Assembly: GCA_035402805.1 (NCBI GenBank)
Contig: DAONDY010000001.1
Location: forward strand, 253,672-317,671
Source: Candidatus Woesebacteria bacterium
Lineage (GTDB): Bacteria > Patescibacteriota > Microgenomatia > UBA12405
Direction of reading: 5' to 3'
Length of the DNA: 64,000 bases
How positions within the stretch are numbered: the first letter of the stretch is position 1; the number at the start of each line of letters is the position of its first letter. The position numbers were made by a program, and so were the translations under genes. Below the pieces are notes generated by a model. That model searched no databases. It was given only the letters and a program-made list of their open reading frames with translations, and was not told the origin of the DNA. Positions 47,981 to 57,737 of the stretch are shown one piece after another.

Positions 47981-50791
47981 ATGTCTAAATTCAAAGATGT
48001 TCCTCAAAATCAAAGTTTTCCTGCTCTCGAAGAAGAGATAATTTCTTTTTGGAAAGAAAACAAAATTTTTGAAAAATCTGTTGATCAAAGACCAGCCGAT
48101 AACGCCTACACTTTTTATGATGGCCCTCCGTTCATCACTGGTATGCCTCATCATGGCCATTTATTATCCAGCATCGCCAAAGACATTATTCCTCGATATC
48201 AAACCATGAAAGGTAAAAAAGTTAGAAGAGTTTGGGGTTGGGATTGCCATGGTCTTCCAGCTGAAAATAAAGTCGAAGAAAAACTTGGTTTAAAATCCAA
48301 AAAAGACATCGAACAAATCGGTATCAAAAAATATATCGAAGAATGTTATTCCTATGTTCAAAATGTTTCTCAAGAATGGCCCTGGTATATTGATCATATT
48401 GGTCGTTGGGTTGATCTAGAACATGCCTACAAAACCATGGATTTAAATTATATGGAAAGTGTTATGTGGGTTTTTTCTGAATTATATAAAAAAGGTTTAA
48501 TTTACAAAGGTCGTCGAATTTCTCTTTATTGTCCTCGTTGCTCCACTCCACTTTCTAATTTTGAAATCGCCATGGATAATTCCTATAAAGATGTTGAAGA
48601 TCCAGCCATTTCTATCAAATTTAAATTAAAAGACCGAGATGCTTTTATATTAGCTTGGACCACTACCCCTTGGACTCTCCCTGGAAATTTAGCCTTAGCT
48701 GTCAATAAAAATGAAAATTATGTTGAAATCAATATAAATAATGAAAATATTATTTTATCTAAAGCCCGATTTGAATCAGTTTTAGGTAATCAAGAATATA
48801 AAATAATTAAAGAGTTTAAAGGTCAAGAATTGATCGGACTTTCTTATGAACCTCTCTATAATTTTTTCGAAGTAACTTCGACTGATTATAAAATCTATCA
48901 CGCTGATTTTGTTTCTATGACCGATGGCACCGGAATCGTTCACATTGCTCCTGGCTTTGGTGAAGACGATTCAGCTCTTGGTAAGGCCAATAATTTATCT
49001 GTTATTGACCATGTTGATGATGAAGGCAAAATAATTGACAAAGTAATTCCTTTTGCTGGTCTTTTTGTTAAAAAAGCCGATCCTTTGGTTGTTGATGATT
49101 TAAAATCAAGAAATTTAATTTTTAAAGAAGAGAAAATTAAGCACAGCTATCCTTTTTGTTATCGTTGTGGCACTCCTTTAATTTATAAATCTCAAACCGC
49201 CTGGTATTTAAATGTCCAATCCATCAAACCAGGAATGAAGGAGACTAATCAAAAAATTAATTGGGTTCCAGAACATATTAAAAATGGCCGTTTTGGGCAG
49301 GGGATTGAAACCGCCCCAGATTGGTGTCTTTCTCGATCTCGCTATTGGGCCTCTCCTGTCCCAGTTTGGGAATGTGACTGTGGCGAACGTTATGTTCCAG
49401 AATCAATTGCTGATTTAGAAGCTCGCTCTGGTCAAAAAGTAACCAATCTTCACAAGCCTGATATTGACAAAGTCGTTGTTAAATGTGATAAGTGTGGAAA
49501 AGACGTCCACCGTGTTCCGGAAGTTTTGGATTGTTGGTTTGAATCAGGTTCCATGCCTTATGCTGAACGCCATTATCCATTTGAAAATAAAGATCGATTA
49601 GAAAAAGAATTTCCTGCTGATTATATCGTCGAATATATCGGCCAAACTCGAGGTTGGTTCTACACACTTCACACTTTATCTAATGCTCTTTTTCAATCAG
49701 AATCATTCAAAAATTGTGTTGTTACCGGCACCATTATGGGCAATGATGGTCGCAAGATGAGTAAACTTTTCAAAAATTTCCCTGATACTAAAATGGTTCT
49801 CCAAAAATATGGTGGGGAAGCTATGCGTCTTTATTTAATGAGTGGTGTCATTATGGTTGGAGAAAATATGAACATCAATGAAAAAGAGATTGAAGATAAG
49901 GTTAAATTTATTCTTCTTCCTCTTTGGAATTGTCTTAAATATCTCACCACTTATGCCCAAATGTATAATTGGACTCCAAACTTAAATTCCACTAACAATT
50001 TCAAAAACATTCTTGATCAATGGATAATTACTAGAACCGATCAATTTACCAAAGATTTTGGCCAAGAATTAGATAAATATATTATTCCCAACGCAGTTAA
50101 ATTAGTAACTCCTTACATTGAAGATTTATCGCGTTGGTACATTCGACAATCACGAGATCGATTCGTTAACGGTGATCAAGAAGCACTTCAAACTCTTTGG
50201 CAGGTTTTAGTTCAATTTACTAAAACATCAGCTCCATTAATCCCTTTCATCACTGAATATTTTTGGCAAAATCTAGTTTTACCTTTTGATTCCAACGCTA
50301 AAGAATCAGTTCACCTAGAACTTTATCCAGAAATAAAATCGATTGATCAACAATTATTAGACAATATGACCTATGTTAGAGAAATTTGTGAACAAGGAAA
50401 CATGGTCAGAAAAACTAATAATATCAGCACTCGTCAACCACTATTAAAAGCCATTATTAATAATTCTCAAAAAATAAATTTAAGTCCTGAATTAATAGAA
50501 GTTGTTAAAAACGAATTAAATGTTAAAGATATCGAAACAATTTTATCCAATGATAATTTAACTGTATCTCTCGACACTAATATTACTCCTGAATTAAAAG
50601 CTGAAGGTGATGCTCGAGATTTAATTCGCCAAATTCAAAGTCTTCGTAAAGAAAATCAATTGGATTTAAAAGACAAAATTAAAATTTTTGCTCCAGATTG
50701 GCCAGCTAAATTCGAAAAAGAAATTCTGTCAAAAACACTCGGGCAAAGCATAACTAAATCAGAAAACATTAAGATTGAAAAAATAAGTTAA
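47981..50791 (+). CDS. ileS: Isoleucine--tRNA ligase (type 2)
   Basis: DGPPF..PHHGH, GWDCHGLP, WTTTPWT, DWCLSR.RYW, QTRGWF and KMSK motifs. Confidence 0.95.
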   Translation: MSKFKDVPQNQSFPALEEEIISFWKENKIFEKSVDQRPADNAYTFYDGPPFITGMPHHGHLLSSIAKDIIPRYQTMKGKKVRRVWGWDCHGLPAENKVEEKLGLKSKKDIEQIGIKKYIEECYSYVQNVSQEWPWYIDHIGRWVDLEHAYKTMDLNYMESVMWVFSELYKKGLIYKGRRISLYCPRCSTPLSNFEIAMDNSYKDVEDPAISIKFKLKDRDAFILAWTTTPWTLPGNLALAVNKNENYVEININNENIILSKARFESVLGNQEYKIIKEFKGQELIGLSYEPLYNFFEVTSTDYKIYHADFVSMTDGTGIVHIAPGFGEDDSALGKANNLSVIDHVDDEGKIIDKVIPFAGLFVKKADPLVVDDLKSRNLIFKEEKIKHSYPFCYRCGTPLIYKSQTAWYLNVQSIKPGMKETNQKINWVPEHIKNGRFGQGIETAPDWCLSRSRYWASPVPVWECDCGERYVPESIADLEARSGQKVTNLHKPDIDKVVVKCDKCGKDVHRVPEVLDCWFESGSMPYAERHYPFENKDRLEKEFPADYIVEYIGQTRGWFYTLHTLSNALFQSESFKNCVVTGTIMGNDGRKMSKLFKNFPDTKMVLQKYGGEAMRLYLMSGVIMVGENMNINEKEIEDKVKFILLPLWNCLKYLTTYAQMYNWTPNLNSTNNFKNILDQWIITRTDQFTKDFGQELDKYIIPNAVKLVTPYIEDLSRWYIRQSRDRFVNGDQEALQTLWQVLVQFTKTSAPLIPFITEYFWQNLVLPFDSNAKESVHLELYPEIKSIDQQLLDNMTYVREICEQGNMVRKTNNISTRQPLLKAIINNSQKINLSPELIEVVKNELNVKDIETILSNDNLTVSLDTNITPELKAEGDARDLIRQIQSLRKENQLDLKDKIKIFAPDWPAKFEKEILSKTLGQSITKSENIKIEKIS

Positions 50792-50800
50792 ACTTGTCTA

Positions 50801-51796
50801 ATGTCAAAATCATTATGGTTGCCAACTTTGATTAGTTTGTCAGTTCTGTTTTGTATCAACATTTTGATGATCAGTTCCATTGCCCCAAATTTAATTCTCA
50901 AACAACTTATCGCCTGGTTTTTAGGCTTAATTCTTTTTTTAATCGGCAAACAAATAAATTTAAAACAACTTAGCTCTTACAAATGGCCAATTTTTATTGT
51001 TTGCTGCGTTCTTCTCCTTTTACCTATAGTTTTAAACAGCATTACTCGAGGTTCTCGCCGTTGGATTTATTTAGCCGGTCTTACCCTTCAACCTTCAGAA
51101 ATGGTTAAGCCTTGGCTAATGTCATTTTTAGCCAGTTCCAATATACCCCTTCTTCATATCATTCCTGTTGCCATAATTATGATTCAACCAGATCTGGGCA
51201 GTGCTATTTCTGTGTTTTTTTTAATTATTCCCATAATCTTATATAACAAAAAATTGCTTCGACTTTCGCTTGTTTTAGGATTAATTTTTATTGTAATCTC
51301 CCCTTTAGTTTACAAATATGTTTTACATGATTATCAGCAAAAAAGAATTATTACTTTTTTAAACCCTAAAGCCGATCCTTTGGGTGAAGGTTATAATGTT
51401 ATCCAATCTCAAATCGCTATCGGTTCCGGTGGTTTTTTTGGAAAAGGTTATAAAAAGGGGACTCAAGGTCAATTACTTTTTTTACCAGAAAAACATACCG
51501 ATTTTATGTTCGCTACCACAGCTGAAGAATTAGGATTCGTTGGTATCATTATTGTTTTATTTGCCTATTATCTATTAATTAGCACTTTATTTAATAAAGC
51601 TTTTTCCACAGTAAACAGACCCTTATTTCTTTTTACTCTCGGAATTGCCATTCAAATTTGGATGCAAGCTTTCGTTAATATCGGGATGAATATCGGTCTT
51701 CTACCAGTAACTGGAATCCCTTTACCATTCATTTCCGTTGGTGGCTCATCCATAATGACATTACTTTTTTCTCTCGGAATTATCTATTCTTCCTAA
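50801..51796 (+). CDS. rodA: SEDS family protein RodA
   Basis: QPSE, QPDLG, FLPEKHTDF and TGIPLPFISVGGSS motifs. Confidence 0.85.
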   Translation: MSKSLWLPTLISLSVLFCINILMISSIAPNLILKQLIAWFLGLILFLIGKQINLKQLSSYKWPIFIVCCVLLLLPIVLNSITRGSRRWIYLAGLTLQPSEMVKPWLMSFLASSNIPLLHIIPVAIIMIQPDLGSAISVFFLIIPIILYNKKLLRLSLVLGLIFIVISPLVYKYVLHDYQQKRIITFLNPKADPLGEGYNVIQSQIAIGSGGFFGKGYKKGTQGQLLFLPEKHTDFMFATTAEELGFVGIIIVLFAYYLLISTLFNKAFSTVNRPLFLFTLGIAIQIWMQAFVNIGMNIGLLPVTGIPLPFISVGGSSIMTLLFSLGIIYSS

Positions 51797-51843
51797 GAAT
51801 CTTAACCTTGTCAAGATAATTTCCTATGCTATAATCGAACAGT

Positions 51844-52158
51844 ATGAAATACGCCGTTATTGCCATTTCTGGCACCCAACATCAAGTTGAAGAAAATCAA
51901 AAAATTGTCGTTGATCTTTTAGATGTAAAAGAAAATGAAAAATCCTCAACCGATCAAGTTTTATTAACTGTTAATGAAGATGACGTTAAAGTTGGCACTC
52001 CAACTGTTAAAAATGCTTCTGTTGAATTTAAAGTTTTAAAACATTTTCAAGGTAAAAAACTTAAAGTTTTTAAATATAAATCAAAATCACGTTATCGTAA
52101 AACTACTGGTTTTCGCCCTCAATTAAGCGAAATTCAAATTACCAAAATTAACTTTTAA
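51844..52158 (+). CDS. rplU: 50S ribosomal protein L21
   Basis: YAVI..G.Q..V, G.P and FKYKSKSRYRK..GFRP motifs. Confidence 0.95.
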   Translation: MKYAVIAISGTQHQVEENQKIVVDLLDVKENEKSSTDQVLLTVNEDDVKVGTPTVKNASVEFKVLKHFQGKKLKVFKYKSKSRYRKTTGFRPQLSEIQITKINF

Positions 52159-52190
52159 CTTTATAACTTGATAAACTTTTAACTAAAAAT

Positions 52191-52442
52191 ATGGCACATA
52201 CAAAATCACAAGGTAAAACAAATCAAAAAGCTAATCGACCCGGTCAAAGACGGGGTGTTAAAGTTTTTGGTAGTCAAAAAATCAACACCGGAGAAATCAT
52301 TGTCAGACAAGTTGGCTCTAGTTTCCATGCTGGTAAAGGCGCAAAAACCGGCAAAGATTTTACCATCTATGCCATCAGACCAGGTATCGTCAAATTTTTC
52401 AAAAAATTTGGCAAAAACATCGTTTCTGTCATAAAAGGTTAA
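52191..52442 (+). CDS. rpmA: 50S ribosomal protein L27
   Basis: MAHTKSQG, RRGVK, IIVRQ and DFTIYA motifs. Confidence 0.95.
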   Translation: MAHTKSQGKTNQKANRPGQRRGVKVFGSQKINTGEIIVRQVGSSFHAGKGAKTGKDFTIYAIRPGIVKFFKKFGKNIVSVIKG

Positions 52443-52508
52443 GATTGATTTAGTTTGAATCATTTTTGGATACTTTTTTCACGAGACTTTTCATAGTAAT
52501 CTTATTCT

Positions 52509-53348
52509 ATGATGAAACAGGTCAGCCAAATTCCAACTAATCAATTAGAACCAAACCCACTTCAACCACGAGGAATTATTAACCAAGAATCGATTTCTGA
52601 ATTAATTGAATCCATTAAAGAACACGGAATTCTCGAACCACTCATCGTTGCTAAAACTCCAGCCGGATACCAAATAATCGCCGGAGAAAGGCGCTGGCGA
52701 GCTGCTAGAACCCTTAAACTAGAATATGTTCCAGCTATTATCAAAGAAACCACACCTCAACAGATGTTAGAGATGGCTATTGTAGAGAATGTCCAACGAA
52801 AAGATCTTAATCCAATAGAAAGAGCTAAAGCTTTTCTGCGATTAAAAGAAGAATTTAGCTTTGATAATAACCAAATTTCCAAAAAAGTCAGCAAAAGTGT
52901 TCCTTATGTTATCAATTGTCTAAAATTATTAACTCTCCCAGATGCCATTAAAGACGGGTTATTATCCGGTTTAATCAGTGAAGGTCATGCCCGAGCTTTA
53001 TCTGGAATAGGGGATACCCGTCTAATGATTGAAGCTTATAAAATTATTTTGAAAGAAAAAGCTTCTGTTCGTAGAGCCGAAGATATTGCTAGAAGAATGC
53101 GTAAAAAAATAGAAGAAGGCGATGTCCCAATTACTAAAGAAAATCTACCTCAATTTTTAAAATCAAAAATTGATAATATTAGCCAAGATATGCAGTCTGT
53201 TTTTAATAATAAGACCACTTCGGTTAAAATCGTCCAAACAAATATTTTAACCAAGGTAACTTTCCAATTTAAAGGACCAATCGATCAAAGGTTTGATGAA
53301 CTAAAAAATCTCTATAAACAAATTTGTAAAAAAGATCTTCAAAATTAA
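52509..53348 (+). CDS. parB: ParB/Spo0J partition protein
   Basis: NPLQPR, IIAGERRWRAA, ENVQRKDL and EGHARAL motifs. Confidence 0.93.
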   Translation: MMKQVSQIPTNQLEPNPLQPRGIINQESISELIESIKEHGILEPLIVAKTPAGYQIIAGERRWRAARTLKLEYVPAIIKETTPQQMLEMAIVENVQRKDLNPIERAKAFLRLKEEFSFDNNQISKKVSKSVPYVINCLKLLTLPDAIKDGLLSGLISEGHARALSGIGDTRLMIEAYKIILKEKASVRRAEDIARRMRKKIEEGDVPITKENLPQFLKSKIDNISQDMQSVFNNKTTSVKIVQTNILTKVTFQFKGPIDQRFDELKNLYKQICKKDLQN

Positions 53349-53935
53349 AACCTGACAGTGGGAACTAATCCGAGAGAACTTAATGGCCAGTACTTAAAGA
53401 AGGCCTTTCCTATAATCAAATCTTCTTTTATTGGACCAAATTCTCGACCATCTCGAGAATGTTGTCTATTATCTCCAAAACACAAGTATTGACCTTCGGG
53501 AACTGTTTGTTCGACTCCTTCTTTACTATATTGACCAGCCTCACTTATCACTCCTTCTGGCAAAAAAGTTTGATTTAATAATTCACCATTTAAATAAACC
53601 TGACCACCCTTAACCATAACTTTATCTCCAGGTAAACCAATGACTCTTTTAATATATTCGCATTCTTCAGCCGCACATGGTTCACCTGCCGGAGCTTTAA
53701 AAACTACCACATCACCTCTCTTTGGTGTTCCAAACTGATAAGATAATTTTTCTGTTAACAAAAATTCTTTATCTACAAAATTAGGCACCATTGAGCTTCC
53801 TTTAACCTCATTTGGTTGAGCCACAAATAAATAGAGTAGAACAAAAACAGCTAAGGCTAAAACTATTGACTGAATAAAATCCAACACAAAAGAACCAATT
53901 GAACCGCCTTGTTTTTTATAAATTTTGTTTTGCAT
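53345..53935 (-). CDS. lepB: Signal peptidase I
   Basis: GSSM.P, RGDVVVF, YIKRVIG and GDNR..S.DGR.FG motifs. Confidence 0.95.
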   Translation of the reverse strand: MQNKIYKKQGGSIGSFVLDFIQSIVLALAVFVLLYLFVAQPNEVKGSSMVPNFVDKEFLLTEKLSYQFGTPKRGDVVVFKAPAGEPCAAEECEYIKRVIGLPGDKVMVKGGQVYLNGELLNQTFLPEGVISEAGQYSKEGVEQTVPEGQYLCFGDNRQHSRDGREFGPIKEDLIIGKAFFKYWPLSSLGLVPTVRF

Positions 53936-53967
53936 AATGAATAATTATAGTGTAATTTTAGCGATCT

Positions 53968-53976
53968 TGGTATAAT
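53968..53976 (+). promoter_or_regulatory. Extended -10 promoter upstream of the tRNA-Val/GIY-YIG locus
   Basis: TG-g-TATAAT. Confidence 0.6.
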
Positions 53977-53987
53977 CTGATTTATTG

Positions 53988-54074
53988 AGGTTGTTTTCAG
54001 CCACAGGCTGATGAGCCTCTGGCTCAAGCTCAGTTTCAGCCAAAGGCTGATCGGCCTCTGGTCGAGGTTAGAGC
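53988..54074 (+). pseudogene. Duplicated 5' segment of tRNA-Val interrupted by two 30-nt double-hairpin inserts
   Basis: Removing 53997-54026 and 54036-54065 leaves AGGTTGTTTAGCTCAGTTGGTTAGAGC, identical to 54342-54368. Confidence 0.85.
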
Positions 54075-54091
54075 ATTCATGTAAAAATAAT

Positions 54092-54352
54092 ATGTATTTC
54101 GTATATTTTTTAAAAAGTCTTAAGAATGAAAAAATATATGTTGGTTATACAGAAAAAGATCCTCAGATTAGATTAAAAGAACATAACCAAGGTTGCAACA
54201 GTTGGAGTAAAAACAATAATCCCTTTGTTTTAATTTACTTTGAAAAATATCATTGCAAAACAGACGCTATTGCAAGAGAAAGTTTTTATAAATCTGGTTT
54301 TGGAAAAAAAATTAAAAAAGTTATAATAGATACACTTACAAAGGTTGTTTAG
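54092..54352 (+). CDS. Small GIY-YIG nuclease
   Basis: MYFVYFLKS..KIYVGYT..RLKEHN.G..A..RE..YKSG. The stop codon lies inside tRNA-Val. Confidence 0.9.
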   Translation: MYFVYFLKSLKNEKIYVGYTEKDPQIRLKEHNQGCNSWSKNNNPFVLIYFEKYHCKTDAIARESFYKSGFGKKIKKVIIDTLTKVV

Positions 54353-54416
54353 CTCAGTTGGTTAGAGCGTTTCGTTCACATCGAAGAGGTCACAGGTTCG
54401 AGTCCTGTAACAACCA
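54343..54416 (+). tRNA. tRNA-Val(CAC)
   Basis: GGTTGTT/AACAACC acceptor stem, anticodon loop TT-CAC-AT, TTCGAGT T-loop; CCA not encoded. Confidence 0.95.
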
Positions 54417-56858
54417 CTTTTTAAACTCATCTCTATGGCCTTTCATTAAAACTTCATTGCCATAATTTAAAGCCGTAAAGTTATTGGCACAAATTTCAGA
54501 ATAATCTTTTTCATCTAAATCATTTCTATTTTCTTCTAAAATTTTAGTCATCTTTTCATAACTAATTGCCATATTTTCATTAATTCCTGAATATTTTTTA
54601 TATTTTAAACCAACCACTCTCTCGATTAAATTTTGATAGTTGTTAACTATTTTTAAACCACTTATTGCCTTATTTTTAAGGCATTTTTCAATTAAAGATA
54701 ACCAAATCGTTGTGTTATCTATAATTTTTTGACTAATATTTTTTTCGCTAGTTATCCTTCTAAAATTAAAAATACTTCTAATTAATTTTTTTGGTTGATT
54801 TTTATCTAAAGACTTCAGAGATTCTTTCAAGTCTTTACTGTTTTTATTTAAAACTAAAAGAGAATTTAAATCTTCCTTAATAATCGATTTTAAAAATAAA
54901 ATGTTATTTTTATCATTAACAATTTCACCATCATTTGGATCAACTTTAACTACCCCTTCCTCTCCATTAACGACATTCTTTTCCCAATACGACCATTGAT
55001 TATTGTCAGTATTACCAGTAACGATATGAATTAAGCCATTTCCACTTCCAATATAGTTGATGTTGCAAATTTTATAGTTGTTATTTTTAATAACCACAAA
55101 CCCATCCTTTTCCAAAATAGGGGAATCATTGTCACATTGTACAGAGTAATTAACCGGCGAACCAATGAAAAATACCAAAGTATTTTTTAGATTTTCATTT
55201 TGATCAATAATTTCAACCTGACTTAAGCCAATTTCCATCATCACTTGATTAACTGTTTTATCTACAATTTCCCCATGATTACTATCTAATTCCACAAAAC
55301 CATTTTTATCATAATTAGCACTTTTAATTAAAACCGTTCCATCACCTTCATTTGTATATAAAAAATTATTAATTCTTCCATCTGGCCAAATACCCAACAC
55401 CCTATCAAAAACATTATTGTTTTTTAAATTAATCGAATCTATTGTCTTAACACCATTTCCAACGAACAATTTTAAATTTACCCCCAAATCAACATTTGTA
55501 TTATTCTTTTCTATCAAATAATTATTTTTTGTTTCCAACTGACTCGTAAAATCAACACCATTTTTAGATACAAAACTAAAAGTTGGCAATAAATCTTTTA
55601 CAGAGGGAATATAAGTTCTAACTGCATCCATATCTGTTTTAGTGGTTAAACCCTTAAGTTTTAGTAAAATTTTAAAAGCAATTGAACTTATATTTGATAA
55701 ATCAGAAATCTGCCCGCCATTCCAAGCTTCATATGCATCTACAGATCCTAAGTGTGGACTACCCAAAGTAATAATTTTTTCTAGTCTAGTATCGTCTTTA
55801 TTATCTTCTGCCCAAATTCTAGCTGCTAATCCACCTAAACTGTGACCAATCAAAATAACCTTTTCACTCGAATTAATTTTTTGACCAATAAAATTATCTA
55901 AATCATTAACAATACTCGATAATGGTTTTCTCCAATCATAATTCCAAACATAAAAATCTTCATTTTCTTTCAAACTATTATCTTTTAAGGCTTCTATTAA
56001 ACCTTCATAATTTTTAACAAAAGGTGTCATTTTCCATTGATCATTATTGACATTTTTATCATAAACAATCGCCTCCGAGTTCCAACTCGCCCCTAAACCA
56101 GGGATAATAATTATTTTCGGTGTAGGGGTAGGGGTGGGGGTAGATGTAGGTGTGGGTGTAGAAGTCGGTCCTTCATCATAATTAAAATCACCAACAATAA
56201 GATTGTCAAATAAATTTCTAGTTGATCCATAACAAAAACTACCACCCCAATTATAGAAGCCAAAACTTCCAGTCAAAATAGGGTTTTCATCATTTAAATC
56301 TATCACTAAAACTGAATCAAAATATATTTTTATATTTGATGATATAACCTCAATTTTAACTTTATGAACCTCATTTTGTGTTAAACGTACTTTACTAGGT
56401 TCATTAAAAGTTGATAATGCACTATACCCGATACTGGAATTATATTTCCATAAAACAATCTCTCCTCCTTCAGACCAATCAGAATCATTAAACCTCAAAT
56501 TCAACATATAATATTCACTTCTATTTTCATTAATTCTAAAAACAATCTCTTGGTCAACACCATTTTCATTTATAGAGTCAAATCTAATCGAATAATCAGA
56601 TAAATTCCAAAAAGATTTAGCTATTAAAAAAGAAGATTGATACCAAGTAACCTCACCTAATAAATTACCATTTGATGGTGTCCAACTATTTTTTACTGAA
56701 GGATATTCTGAAGAGTGATCAACAAACAACTCCCAACTATCTAAACTGTCTCCATCAAAATTATCCGAAAAATATTCCATGCCTAAAACACCTTTGACAT
56801 TAATCATAAATGATAAAATCAAAAAGAGTGTTAAATATATTTTAGTTTTTAAATACAC
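54390..56858 (-). CDS. Secreted alpha/beta hydrolase (PGAP1/LCAT-like) with N-terminal lectin-like (DUF1080-like) domain and PT linker
   Basis: Signal peptide, PTSTPTP linker, IPGLGAS, YDWR, GHSLGG, LGSPHLGS and GDGTV motifs. Confidence 0.75.
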   Translation of the reverse strand: MYLKTKIYLTLFLILSFMINVKGVLGMEYFSDNFDGDSLDSWELFVDHSSEYPSVKNSWTPSNGNLLGEVTWYQSSFLIAKSFWNLSDYSIRFDSINENGVDQEIVFRINENRSEYYMLNLRFNDSDWSEGGEIVLWKYNSSIGYSALSTFNEPSKVRLTQNEVHKVKIEVISSNIKIYFDSVLVIDLNDENPILTGSFGFYNWGGSFCYGSTRNLFDNLIVGDFNYDEGPTSTPTPTSTPTPTPTPKIIIIPGLGASWNSEAIVYDKNVNNDQWKMTPFVKNYEGLIEALKDNSLKENEDFYVWNYDWRKPLSSIVNDLDNFIGQKINSSEKVILIGHSLGGLAARIWAEDNKDDTRLEKIITLGSPHLGSVDAYEAWNGGQISDLSNISSIAFKILLKLKGLTTKTDMDAVRTYIPSVKDLLPTFSFVSKNGVDFTSQLETKNNYLIEKNNTNVDLGVNLKLFVGNGVKTIDSINLKNNNVFDRVLGIWPDGRINNFLYTNEGDGTVLIKSANYDKNGFVELDSNHGEIVDKTVNQVMMEIGLSQVEIIDQNENLKNTLVFFIGSPVNYSVQCDNDSPILEKDGFVVIKNNNYKICNINYIGSGNGLIHIVTGNTDNNQWSYWEKNVVNGEEGVVKVDPNDGEIVNDKNNILFLKSIIKEDLNSLLVLNKNSKDLKESLKSLDKNQPKKLIRSIFNFRRITSEKNISQKIIDNTTIWLSLIEKCLKNKAISGLKIVNNYQNLIERVVGLKYKKYSGINENMAISYEKMTKILEENRNDLDEKDYSEICANNFTALNYGNEVLMKGHRDEFKKWLLQDSNL

Positions 56859-56885
56859 AATTTAAATGTAAATTAATTATCAATA

Positions 56886-57737
56886 ATGTCAACTAGCAAA
56901 AAATCTATAATAATTATTAATTATAATTCATCGGAAAATACCAATAATTTGTTAATATCTATCAAAAAAAATATCTACAAATATATCAACGAGATAATCA
57001 TTATAGACAATAATTCAAAAGATATTAAAAAATTAAACATTAACGACAAAAAAATTAGGTTAATAAAAAACAAAAAAAATTTTGGATTTGCTAAAGCAGT
57101 CAATCAAGGAATAAATAAATCAAAAAACAATTTACTAATATTATTAAATCCAGACACAACCATCATAAATGATTCTATTTTGACAACAATTAGCTTAATA
57201 GAAAACGATAAAAACATTGGTGTAATAGGTGGAAAAATAAAATATAAAAATAAAGATATATTCACAGCCAATAATGTTCCAACATTTTTCACTGGCCTTT
57301 TTGAATTTACTAATCTTAAAAAAATATTTCCAAACAATAAATACACTTTAAATTTTTGGCCAGAAAAATCTAAAAAAATAATGAAACCAATTAACGTTTA
57401 TGGAGTTTGTGGAGCTTATTTAATATTTAAAAAATATGATAAAAAAGGGAACATAAACTATTTTAATGAGGACTATTTTTTATATCTAGAAGATTTAGAC
57501 TTTTGTTTAAAAATGAGAAAGAAAGGTTACAAAGTTATTTTTGATCCAAGATCAGAAATATTACACCTAGGTGGAGCCAGTAGTCAGAACATATACAATA
57601 TGGCGTTAAATCACTGGTATAAATCAAGAAAAATATTTTTTAAAAAACATTTAAATAAGCTTGAAGGTATAATATTAAATATAATATTTACGATAGAAGA
57701 ATTATTTTTAAAAATACGACTTTTTATAAAACCATGA
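56886..57737 (+). CDS. Glycosyltransferase family 2
   Basis: DNNS, GFAKAVNQG, LNPD and YLEDLD motifs. Confidence 0.9.
   Translation: MSTSKKSIIIINYNSSENTNNLLISIKKNIYKYINEIIIIDNNSKDIKKLNINDKKIRLIKNKKNFGFAKAVNQGINKSKNNLLILLNPDTTIINDSILTTISLIENDKNIGVIGGKIKYKNKDIFTANNVPTFFTGLFEFTNLKKIFPNNKYTLNFWPEKSKKIMKPINVYGVCGAYLIFKKYDKKGNINYFNEDYFLYLEDLDFCLKMRKKGYKVIFDPRSEILHLGGASSQNIYNMALNHWYKSRKIFFKKHLNKLEGIILNIIFTIEELFLKIRLFIKP

Noticed and set aside
47981-50791. Altered IleRS signature motifs (HHGH, KMSKL)
   Set aside because: HxGH is canonical and the last KMSKS position varies in type-2 IleRS, so this is not evidence of novelty.
54011-54091. N-terminal extension of the GIY-YIG ORF in the track
   Set aside because: It translates the hairpin inserts and the pseudo-tRNA. 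The family-typical start is MYFVY at 54092.
53988-54416. tRNA intron or split tRNA
   Set aside because: The downstream tRNA is complete on its own, so no splicing is needed, and no group I/II intron core is visible.
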